Positions 1 through 6,869 of a DNA stretch of 20,000 bases are shown in pieces. The position numbers were made by a program, and so were the translations under genes. The notes below the pieces were generated by a model that did not search any database, was not told the origin of the DNA, and saw only the letters and a list, made by a program, of their open reading frames with translations. Within the stretch, counting starts at the first letter, position 1, and each line of letters opens with the position of its first letter. The stretch is from an uncultured virus (IMG/VR IMGVR_UViG_3300009455_000007) (taxonomy: Duplodnaviria; Heunggongvirae; Uroviricota; Caudoviricetes): the IMG/VR virus record IMGVR_UViG_3300009455_000007. One strand, 5' to 3'.

Positions 1-295
1 CCGGGGCCCCGAATGCTGCCTTGAGCCGCTGCCAGAAGCCAGGGTCGTCCGCCAGGAGTTCGCGCAAGCGCTGGAACGTCCCTTCGTCCTTCGCCATGGC
101 TGCAGCGGCCTGGATGATGTACTGCTGTTCGTCGCCCTCGGTGCGGAGTTCATCGATCTTCAGTGTCGGCCGCGGCGCCGGCGTCGTCAGTGCCTGCACG
201 TTGGGCGGCGGCAATGGCTTCGGCTGCATTCCGGTACAGCTGCAGAGAAGCATCAGGAAGGGGGCGATCCAGATAAGCGCGGTAGGACGGTGCAT
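1..295 (-). CDS. o-spanin (Rz1-like outer-membrane lipoprotein), 3' end runs off the window
   Basis: Not in the ORF track; translated by hand from ATG at 295: MHRPTALIWIAPFLMLLCSC-TGMQPKPLPPPNVQALTTPAPRPTLKIDELRTEGDEQQYIIQAAAAMAKDEGTFQRLRELL... It has a signal peptide, a lipobox-like LCSC and a Pro-rich linker, and overlaps the 3' half of the i-spanin in another frame. Confidence 0.85.
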   Translation of the reverse strand, partial: MHRPTALIWIAPFLMLLCSCTGMQPKPLPPPNVQALTTPAPRPTLKIDELRTEGDEQQYIIQAAAAMAKDEGTFQRLRELLADDPGFWQRLKAAFGAP

Positions 296-533
296 TTCGG
301 GCTGCCTCTTGGTTCTTGGTTTGCGCGCGGCTGACACCGGCGTCGATGGCAGCCTGGTCGCGCATGTTGTCGGTGACCAGGCCATCGTACTTCTTGCCCT
401 GGTTCTGCAGGGTGGTCACCTGGCCCTTGACGTTGCGGAACTCCCACCATGCAGCCACGCGGCTGCGTGTGCTCCACCCAATCAGCAGGAGGATCACGGC
501 GAGGATAGTGATGCCCCACAGCTTCGGAGTCAT
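150..533 (-). CDS. i-spanin (Rz-like)
   Basis: C-terminal part of ORF 150..878. The likely start is MTPKLWGITILAVILLLIGW (ATG at 533, overlapping the endolysin stop). A single N-terminal TM is followed by an Ala/Gln-rich helical domain, directly downstream of the endolysin. Confidence 0.8.
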   Translation of the reverse strand: MTPKLWGITILAVILLLIGWSTRSRVAAWWEFRNVKGQVTTLQNQGKKYDGLVTDNMRDQAAIDAGVSRAQTKNQEAARNAPSYRAYLDRPLPDASLQLYRNAAEAIAAAQRAGTDDAGAAADTEDR

Positions 534-1201
534 GCGCGTGCGCGGATCATGATGTAGTCCGCCTCCTGGTTGCGGCGTGCGATCAGGCCCTTGCCTAGCT
601 TGGAGCCGCGCCAGATGCGCTCCATCTTCCGGATCTGGTTGGCCGTGCACGCGTGGTCGCGCGCGGGGAAGCACACGTCGCGGATGTGGCGCATCTCCAA
701 GCGGTCTTTGCCGACCATGTTCCCGCCGCGGTTGTAGACCAGGTCGAGGATCATGTCGATGACCGCCTGGTCCTGGTCCTGCAGCCCGGGGAACGACCGG
801 CGCGCGATGTTGTAGTAGCGGATCAGCGTCGGGTCGCGGAAGACCTGCATGGCCATGGGCAGCGGCGTGATGATCCACGCGCGGCGCTTGGCCAGGTTGC
901 CTGCCGACTGGCCCTTGAACCCAGACATGGCGGCGAGATAACCACGGTGCGGGTGCATGTGCCAGTCGGCCAGGATCCGCTCGACCGAGTTGTGGCCCAG
1001 GTCGTAGCCGATGCCGATCGTGACACCGGACGCGCTGTTGCCCGGCCAGATCGGCATCTGGTACCTGCGGGTGTACAGCTCCGGACCGCCGACCTCCCAG
1101 CGCGCGATGAATTTCTCGCCCGCCGGCGATACGACCGCCCGAGACTGCGCGGACGCGTAGCCGGAGAGGATCAGCAGCAGGAGGACGAAGAGGGCGCGCA
1201 T
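530..1201 (-). CDS. endolysin, lysozyme-fold muramidase (pesticin C-terminal/T4L-like) with an N-terminal signal peptide
   Basis: Motifs WE...SGVTIGIGYDLG, LVYNRG and C-terminal GLIARRNQEA are typical of lysozyme-like phage muramidases. The likely start MRALFVLLLLILSGYASA|Q resembles a Sec signal with an A-S-A cleavage site. Confidence 0.85.
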   Translation of the reverse strand: MRALFVLLLLILSGYASAQSRAVVSPAGEKFIARWEVGGPELYTRRYQMPIWPGNSASGVTIGIGYDLGHNSVERILADWHMHPHRGYLAAMSGFKGQSAGNLAKRRAWIITPLPMAMQVFRDPTLIRYYNIARRSFPGLQDQDQAVIDMILDLVYNRGGNMVGKDRLEMRHIRDVCFPARDHACTANQIRKMERIWRGSKLGKGLIARRNQEADYIMIRARA

Positions 1202-1611
1202 CAGCCGAAGACCACCCGGTACCAGAAGTAGAAGCACAGGGCCCACACGCCGATGTCGACCAGGCGCGTGTACAGCAGCAGCTCCTTCTGCTCGAACGAC
1301 ACCGAGGCCTCGATCATGTACCGGTGGGCCTCCACGATCTCCTCGGGGGCGAACACGTGGTCGTAGGTGCGCTTCGTCAGCCAGGAGCTGAAGCAGATGA
1401 TGATGCCGCCGACCAGGTTGACGATCATGGCGTTGAGCTGGCCCAGGCCGTCGATGCCGCTGGTCGGGTCGAGCTGCGGGAACAGCCAGCGGGTCAGGAA
1501 CACCATGCCGATCGCCGGCGGCAGCCAGAAGATGATCTCCTGGTATGCCTTGAGCAGGGCCTTGATGCGGTCCTTGTGGGCCTTGAGGAAATTGATGATC
1601 GGCTTCTTCAA
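1201..1611 (-). CDS. putative holin (3 predicted TM segments)
   Basis: Likely TTG start at 1611, with AGGAG upstream and a TTGA overlap with the upstream stop. Hydrophobic segments IIFWLPPAIGMVFLTRWLF, AMIVNLVGGIIICFSSWL and LVDIGVWALCFYFWYRVVFG; lies immediately upstream of the endolysin. Confidence 0.55.
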   Translation of the reverse strand: MKKPIINFLKAHKDRIKALLKAYQEIIFWLPPAIGMVFLTRWLFPQLDPTSGIDGLGQLNAMIVNLVGGIIICFSSWLTKRTYDHVFAPEEIVEAHRYMIEASVSFEQKELLLYTRLVDIGVWALCFYFWYRVVFG

Positions 1612-2306
1612 TGTGATTCTCCTACTACGTTGCGGCGGATGACCCCCACCCACTTCACGACTGGGCCGTTGTGCGCTTCGCGCACCGGCGTGGCCGAACA
1701 GATCACGTCGAACTCATGCCCGGCCACGTCGCGCATGCGGTAGTTCAGGACGAACTCGCGCATGTCCTCGATGCAGGACTCCCACTCGCGGCGCACCATG
1801 TCGCGGTCGGCGAAGACGATGGCGTTGATCCAGCCGGTGCCGCCGAGCTCCTTGTCGGAGCGGTTGGTCCATTTCTGGTACGTAGCGTTGGTATAGACGT
1901 GGTTGCCGTTGGCGTCGCACTCGAAGACCCCGAACATGCCCATGCCGTCCCACTGCGCGCGCGTGCTGTTGATGAAGAGGGTCAGGGCGACTTCGGTCCG
2001 CTTGGCGGTGTCCCTGGTGGTGTTGACTGCGTCGCGCAGCGAGCTCCCGCCGTTCGGCCGGACCTCGTGCAGAACCTGGCGCATGGTCTCGTCCATGCTG
2101 TTGAACTTCTGGATCATGGGGATGTAGTCGGGCAGGGCCGACAGGGCAGCGACGCCGCTGAAGAACCTACCGACCGACTTGGCTGCGCTGGTGATCAATG
2201 GCCATCCCCATTTCTTGAACCCAAGAGCCGTAAGTAGCGTGACGATCAAGAGCAGGAGCTCGCCGGCCGCACTCAACTTCGAAAACCATGCGGACATCGA
2301 GTCCAT
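1608..2306 (-). CDS. membrane protein with an NGGSSLRD motif and a C-terminal PAS domain
   Basis: N-terminal TM (LLLLIVTLLTALGF) and EVRPNGGSSLRDAV. The C-terminal ~105 aa follow the PAS/PAC pattern (GVFECDANGNHVYTNATYQKWTNRSDKELGGTGWINAIVFADRDMVRREW...YRMRDVAGHEFDVICSATPVRE..GPVVKWVGVIR). GGAGGG RBS upstream. Confidence 0.8.
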   Translation of the reverse strand: MDSMSAWFSKLSAAGELLLLIVTLLTALGFKKWGWPLITSAAKSVGRFFSGVAALSALPDYIPMIQKFNSMDETMRQVLHEVRPNGGSSLRDAVNTTRDTAKRTEVALTLFINSTRAQWDGMGMFGVFECDANGNHVYTNATYQKWTNRSDKELGGTGWINAIVFADRDMVRREWESCIEDMREFVLNYRMRDVAGHEFDVICSATPVREAHNGPVVKWVGVIRRNVVGESH

Positions 2307-2339
2307 GCTGTATCCCTCCCTTCGCCCCGTACCGGGGCA

Positions 2340-2996
2340 TTACCACGAGAACTGCATACCCCGATATTTGTGCTCGCGTTGTCCTTTCTCACCCTTGGCC
2401 ATGAAGCAGTACTGCTCGAACTCGGCTTTGTACTGCGTTGCCCGGCCGCGGTCGTACGTCTCGGCATCCGGCTTCATGTGCGCCAGGTAGCGCGCCCACT
2501 TGAGGATGGCGATGTGGTGCTGCTCGTCGATCTCCAGGTCCTGCCCCGAGCCTTCGATCTCCTCCAGCGGGAGCCGGTAGACGATCAGGCTGAGGGTGGC
2601 GTCCTCGGTCGGCGTGTTGATCACGCGGACCTGGTTCGGCTCCATGCCAACGACGAGCTTGTTCACGACGCCGGGGGTGTCGGTGAACAGGGGCAAGCCC
2701 TTGCTGTCGTCGAACTCCAGGTCCTCGAAGTTGACGATCTCGATCTTCTTGCCGTCGGCGTTGAACGCCGCGCGCAGCTTCAGTACGAGCGGAGACAGGG
2801 TCGCGAAGCGCTCGCCTGCCACCAGTTCCATGCGGGCGACTTCGCTGGTGGCGTCGGCGAGCCCACCGGTGAGGCGGCAGAACATCTTCTGCGCCTCATC
2901 GATGTACCTGTACAGCTCCGCGTCGCTCCAGAGGTACGTCTGTACCGTGTCCCGGAGGTCGAGGCGGAGCTGATCGAGCAGGTCGCCGCTTTCCAT
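2340..2996 (-). CDS. putative head-tail adaptor / head completion protein
   Basis: N-terminal L..LR.DL.D....YLWSDAEL.RYIDEAQ and C-terminal LEIDEQHH.AIL.WARYLAH..PD.ETYD pattern typical of podophage adaptor proteins; located downstream of the capsid genes. Confidence 0.6.
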   Translation of the reverse strand: MESGDLLDQLRLDLRDTVQTYLWSDAELYRYIDEAQKMFCRLTGGLADATSEVARMELVAGERFATLSPLVLKLRAAFNADGKKIEIVNFEDLEFDDSKGLPLFTDTPGVVNKLVVGMEPNQVRVINTPTEDATLSLIVYRLPLEEIEGSGQDLEIDEQHHIAILKWARYLAHMKPDAETYDRGRATQYKAEFEQYCFMAKGEKGQREHKYRGMQFSW

Positions 2997-3400
2997 CAGC
3001 TGTTCTTTTCGGCCTCGATGCGGTCAGCGCGGCGCTGCCAGGCCTTGGCGACATCCTTGGCCGACACCTTGAAACCGCACTCGCGGCTGACGGCGTCCGC
3101 CTTCGGCGAGCTGGCCGCGGTGAAATCGTCGACGTCGTTGCGCTCGACGATCGCCTCGATTGCGGCGTCGATGCGCGCCTCACGCTCGACCGGATCGATC
3201 GGCTCGTGGTTGCCTTCCTCGGCCGGCGCCGCCAGGCCCTCGCCGTCGACGAACTCGCCGCCGATCGCCAGGATCTCGCCGTAGAGCAGCGGCGGCACGC
3301 TGGTCGGCTCGCCCTTGATGAACCTGATCGAGTGGCCAAGCAGCGACGTATGGATGTAGGTCCGGTTGAGCTTCATCTTGCGGTTGGCCTTCTTCGCCAT
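2996..3400 (-). CDS. hypothetical protein, probably virion/head-associated
   Basis: 134-aa ORF with an AG-rich RBS, codon usage like its neighbours, and a stop overlapping the next start. Confidence 0.6.
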   Translation of the reverse strand: MAKKANRKMKLNRTYIHTSLLGHSIRFIKGEPTSVPPLLYGEILAIGGEFVDGEGLAAPAEEGNHEPIDPVEREARIDAAIEAIVERNDVDDFTAASSPKADAVSRECGFKVSAKDVAKAWQRRADRIEAEKNS

Positions 3401-3420
3401 TTCCTCTCTCCGTGGTTAGA

Positions 3421-3449
3421 GAAAAGGGGGCCTTGGAGGCCCCCTTTTC
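3421..3449 (-). terminator. rho-independent terminator after the capsid/decoration genes
   Basis: GAAAAGGGGGCC-TTGGA-GGCCCCCTTTTC: 12-bp inverted repeat with T runs on both strands. Confidence 0.75.
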
Positions 3450-3478
3450 CGTTGGGTCAACTACTCGTTTCCCCCGGA

Positions 3479-3940
3479 TTAGGCCGGGTTGACTTCCCGG
3501 CCACCGCGCCCGTCCTTCTTGTACAGGACGGTGATGCGGAACTTGCCGGCCGTCGCGTTGGCCGCCGTGGAGGCGATGGTCAGGCGGATCGGCGACCCGT
3601 CGGCGCTGCCCAGTGCCGAGGTCAGCAACAGAGCGTAGCGGGTGTTGTCCGCGGCCTTGAGGTCGGAGGCCGCCAGGTAGATCGCGTCCGAGGCCGCGGT
3701 ACCCAGCTTGACGGTGTACGCAGTCGGGCCGGCGCCCTGGTCTTCGACCACCAGGTGGCCGCCGAGGATCTCGGCGCCCACCGGCAGGTTGATCGCGTCC
3801 AGGATGAGGGCGTCGGTGTACACGGAGCCGAAGGTCTTGCTGGCGCCGGTGACCGAGTCGACCGCGGTGTCGTTGAATTTGAAGATGAATTCCGCGCAGA
3901 GGACGTCCTGCGAGGTGCGAGTTGCGGCGAGCAATGCCAT
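3479..3940 (-). CDS. putative capsid decoration/cement protein
   Basis: 153-aa Ala/Thr/Gly-rich, beta-type protein (AINLPVGAEILGGHLVV...) directly after the MCP and before the terminator. Confidence 0.55.
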   Translation of the reverse strand: MALLAATRTSQDVLCAEFIFKFNDTAVDSVTGASKTFGSVYTDALILDAINLPVGAEILGGHLVVEDQGAGPTAYTVKLGTAASDAIYLAASDLKAADNTRYALLLTSALGSADGSPIRLTIASTAANATAGKFRITVLYKKDGRGGREVNPA

Positions 3941-3952
3941 GATCGTTCTCCC

Positions 3953-5068
3953 TTACTGCGCGCAGTAGATCGACAGCACACCGAAGTCCTGCACGGTGTT
4001 CGCCGAGTAGATGCTGTTGAACCGCGGCTTCAGGAAGCCCAGGATCTTGGCCACGGAGATACCCTGCTGGTTCTCGTAGTCGAAGCCTTCTTCCACCCAC
4101 TCGGGGTTGCCGATGTCCGCCATCGCCAGCGCCTGGGCGCCGCAGAAGAGGACCTGGCAGCCGTCGACGAGGTTGCCGGCGCCCCACTTGCCCACGCCGC
4201 TGGTCGCGCCGGAGGTGTTGTAGACGTTGCGGTACTCGTGGATGTGCAGGCCGTCGACCTTGACGCTCGAGCCCGAGAACAGGGCGTTGTCGCTGCTGCG
4301 TGCCTGGGCGTGGCGCAGGTTCTGCATGTACATGTCGTCCAGCTTCAGCTTGGCCATGGCCTGCGGGGTCATGAAGACGTGGAACGTCTCCTCACCACCC
4401 TCGCCCTTCACGCCGCGCATGTACTGGTCCTTGGCGTACGCCTTGGCCTGCACCAGCATCTTCCACGACGGGGTGTCGTCAGCCTCAACCGAGGAGGTCG
4501 CGCCGTTGACGTCGAAGCGGGAGTTGGTGTTGTCCCAGCGCAGCTTGCGCTGGCTGGTCGGCGCGGTGACGTCGGCGGCGAACTCCAGGTCCGGCAGGCT
4601 CGAGCCGGTACGGGCGACGCCGTTGTTGCGCATGCTGTAGCTGACGCCCGACAGGGTCAGGAAGGCCAGCTGGTCCATGCGCTCGGCCAGCCAGTAGGCC
4701 AGGACGTCGCGGCTGTTGTTGCGGAACTCGACGATCGACTTCTGGTCGGCCATGCGGCCTTCGTGGCGGTTGGCGTGACGCATCTGGTCGATGCGGATCA
4801 CCTGGTCGTAGGCCTTCATCGCCTCCTCGTTGCCTTCGAGGGTGCGATCGCCCACGACGCCGTCACCTTCGAGGTCGGCGAGCAGGGTGATCACGGCTCG
4901 CGCGCCCTTCTCGGACTTCTTGAGCTCGGTGATCTGCTGGACGAGGGAGTTCGGGCCCTTGCCGAGGAACGGCTTCAGGAACGAGTAGTTGCGGGCCTGC
5001 TTCCACAGATCCATCGACCATACGGTCTTCTGTTCGGTGGTGAGCGCGGCAAAATTGGTCAGTGCCAT
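3953..5068 (-). CDS. major capsid protein, N4-gp56/DUF4043-like family
   Basis: MALTNFAALT..QKTVWS.DLWKQARN, L.GDGVVGDRTLEGNEE, IDQ.RHA, LFCGAQALAMADIG and EE.FDY.NQ.GIS motifs; 371 aa; follows the portal and scaffold; GGAGG RBS. Confidence 0.9.
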   Translation of the reverse strand: MALTNFAALTTEQKTVWSMDLWKQARNYSFLKPFLGKGPNSLVQQITELKKSEKGARAVITLLADLEGDGVVGDRTLEGNEEAMKAYDQVIRIDQMRHANRHEGRMADQKSIVEFRNNSRDVLAYWLAERMDQLAFLTLSGVSYSMRNNGVARTGSSLPDLEFAADVTAPTSQRKLRWDNTNSRFDVNGATSSVEADDTPSWKMLVQAKAYAKDQYMRGVKGEGGEETFHVFMTPQAMAKLKLDDMYMQNLRHAQARSSDNALFSGSSVKVDGLHIHEYRNVYNTSGATSGVGKWGAGNLVDGCQVLFCGAQALAMADIGNPEWVEEGFDYENQQGISVAKILGFLKPRFNSIYSANTVQDFGVLSIYCAQ

Positions 5069-5211
5069 GGGAGTGTCGACCTCCGGGTCGAGAAATCTGG
5101 GGAAAGAGTCGGTTCTGGTTGCCGGTCTGTCGCGTCGGCGCGCGGAAGCGACTTTTTAGGAGGTCGTACTCCGCGGCCGCTTTCGTGTGCCGCGAACGAG
5201 TTATGGCTCGA

Positions 5212-5240
5212 ACTCTGCACCCGGCTTTTTCGTTTGTAAA
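5212..5240 (-). promoter_or_regulatory. possible sigma70-like promoter for the MCP
   Basis: Minus strand reads TTTACA-N17-CAGAGT in the ~180-bp non-coding gap upstream of the MCP. The -10 match is weak. Confidence 0.3.
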
Positions 5241-5249
5241 GGGGTAGGG

Positions 5250-5708
5250 CTACTTTTTCGAGGCCTCAGCCCCGAGGTTCGTCGCCGCCATGGAGCTGGC
5301 CGCGAGTTCCTTCGCACGCATGGAAGCCTCGACCTGGCGCTTGTACATCTCGAGCTGCGCCTACTGCGATTGGACCTGGGCGTGGTATTTCGCAGCGAGG
5401 ATGGAAGCGGACGGGGGAGAGGGGACCTCACCGCTGTAGTTCGTCGGCTGAGCCGCGGCGCGGATGCGAGCCGAAACGATGGCGCCGACCTGGCCGGCGA
5501 TCTTCTCGCGCATGATGTCCCACTGCACCTGGTTCGGCGGGGTGTCGTTCAGCACGTCGATCACGCCGTTGAGCCACAGGACGAAGTTCGTCGGGGTCAT
5601 GGACGTGGAATCCATGGGCTCGGGCGCGACGGCGCTTTCCTTGGCAGACATGTCGGCGGTGAACGGGCCGGCGCTGAATGTGGCGCTTGAGAGGGGGGTG
5701 CTGGCCAT
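5250..5708 (-). CDS. hypothetical protein with an internal in-frame TAG at 5361-5363 (115 aa, or 152 aa if read through)
   Basis: ORF 5361..5708 (TPTNFVLWLNGVIDV..PPNQVQWDIMREKI) continues in frame past the TAG as AQLEMYKRQVEASMRAKELAASSMAATNLGAEASKK* with GC3-rich codons. Confidence 0.6.
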
Positions 5709-5752
5709 GGGGCTCGCTCTGAGGGTGGGACAGGAGCCCCGATCTTGCCATG

Positions 5753-5787
5753 AAAAAGGCCCCCTGGAGCTGGCTCCAGGGGGCCTT
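5753..5787 (-). terminator. rho-independent terminator after the scaffold gene
   Basis: AAGGCCCCCTGGAGC-TG-GCTCCAGGGGGCCTT inverted repeat, ending in TTTTT on the minus strand, just after the scaffold stop. Confidence 0.8.
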
Positions 5788-5798
5788 CCGACCAGCGG

Positions 5799-6869
5799 TC
5801 AGGCCAGGACGTCGCCGCGCAGCTTCGCCAGGGTGTCCTCGTCCAGCTTGGCGAACTTCTCCTGGTCCAGCTTCATCACGTCGATGGTGCTGTCGCGGGC
5901 GCCGGCCTTGTCGTTGTCCGCGCCGGCCTTGCTGGTGTCCGGCGGCTGCTGCTTGTCGGCCGCGGCCGCCTTCTCGCGCGCTGCCTTCTCCCGGGCGGCC
6001 CGCAGGGTCTCGGCCGCCGCGTCCTTGCCAGCGTCCTTCTTCGCCGCCGGCGAGCCCATCACGTACCGGACCGACTTCTCCAGCGCCGCCTGACGGGTGA
6101 GGCCGCTGTTCACGAACATGGCCATCATCTCGGCCACCTCGTCCGCCTTGGCGTCGTTGAAGGCTTCCTTGTTGTCCGGGTTCAGCTCCGGGTAGTCGCC
6201 TTCGACCTTGGCCAGGGCGGCCTCGTACTTCAGGGCGTCGATCGTCTGGGCCCGCGTCGCGCTGCTGGAGGCCGCCACCTTCTGGTCGGTGTAGGTCTCG
6301 CGCAGGGTGTCGAGCTCCTTGCGCACCGCCTTGGCCTCGTCCTTCTCGCCGGCGAACACGTGGGCCTCGTACTTGTCCTGCAGCTCGCTGATCTGCGTGC
6401 GCATCTCGGCCAGGACGTCCTTGCGCTGCTGCGCCGGCTCCTTGCCTTTCTCCAGCTCCTGGATCCGGGCCACCAGCTGGGCTTCCCGGGTGCGGGCGGC
6501 CTCGACGATCTTCTCGTGGCGGTCCAGCGGGATGCGGGTGCGCTTCTTGGCGGCGGCCGCGGCCTCCTCGGCCTCGCGCGCTGCCTTCTCCTCGGCGGTC
6601 TCCTCTTCAGCTTCCTCGGCCAGCTCGTCGGCGGTCTTGCCCTCGCCGGCCTTGGCGGCGTCCGCCGCAGCCTTGTCCGCGGCGGCCTTGTCGGCCGCGG
6701 CCTGGTCGGCGGCGATCTTGTCGGCCGCGGCCTGGGCTGCAGCGTCCGCGCCGGTGGGCTGGAAGTCGTCGCCGCGGTCCTCCCCCCCGCCGCCGGCGCC
6801 GATGCTGTAGTCCTCGTGACCGAGGGTGATGGTGAGCGGCTGGCGCTCGAACTTGTGGTTATGGCGCAT
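5799..6869 (-). CDS. putative capsid scaffolding protein
   Basis: Acidic, Ala/Glu/Lys-rich coiled-coil protein between portal and MCP. Contains RIPLDRH, YPELNPD and the C-terminal ...EKFAKLDEDTLAKLRGD, typical of podophage scaffolds. Confidence 0.75.
   Translation of the reverse strand: MRHNHKFERQPLTITLGHEDYSIGAGGGGEDRGDDFQPTGADAAAQAAADKIAADQAAADKAAADKAAADAAKAGEGKTADELAEEAEEETAEEKAAREAEEAAAAAKKRTRIPLDRHEKIVEAARTREAQLVARIQELEKGKEPAQQRKDVLAEMRTQISELQDKYEAHVFAGEKDEAKAVRKELDTLRETYTDQKVAASSSATRAQTIDALKYEAALAKVEGDYPELNPDNKEAFNDAKADEVAEMMAMFVNSGLTRQAALEKSVRYVMGSPAAKKDAGKDAAAETLRAAREKAAREKAAAADKQQPPDTSKAGADNDKAGARDSTIDVMKLDQEKFAKLDEDTLAKLRGDVLA
6655..6745 (-). repeat. degenerate 15-bp in-frame tandem repeat (AAADK) in the scaffold gene
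   Basis: The protein reads QAAADKIAADQAAADKAAADKAAADAAK. Confidence 0.6.
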
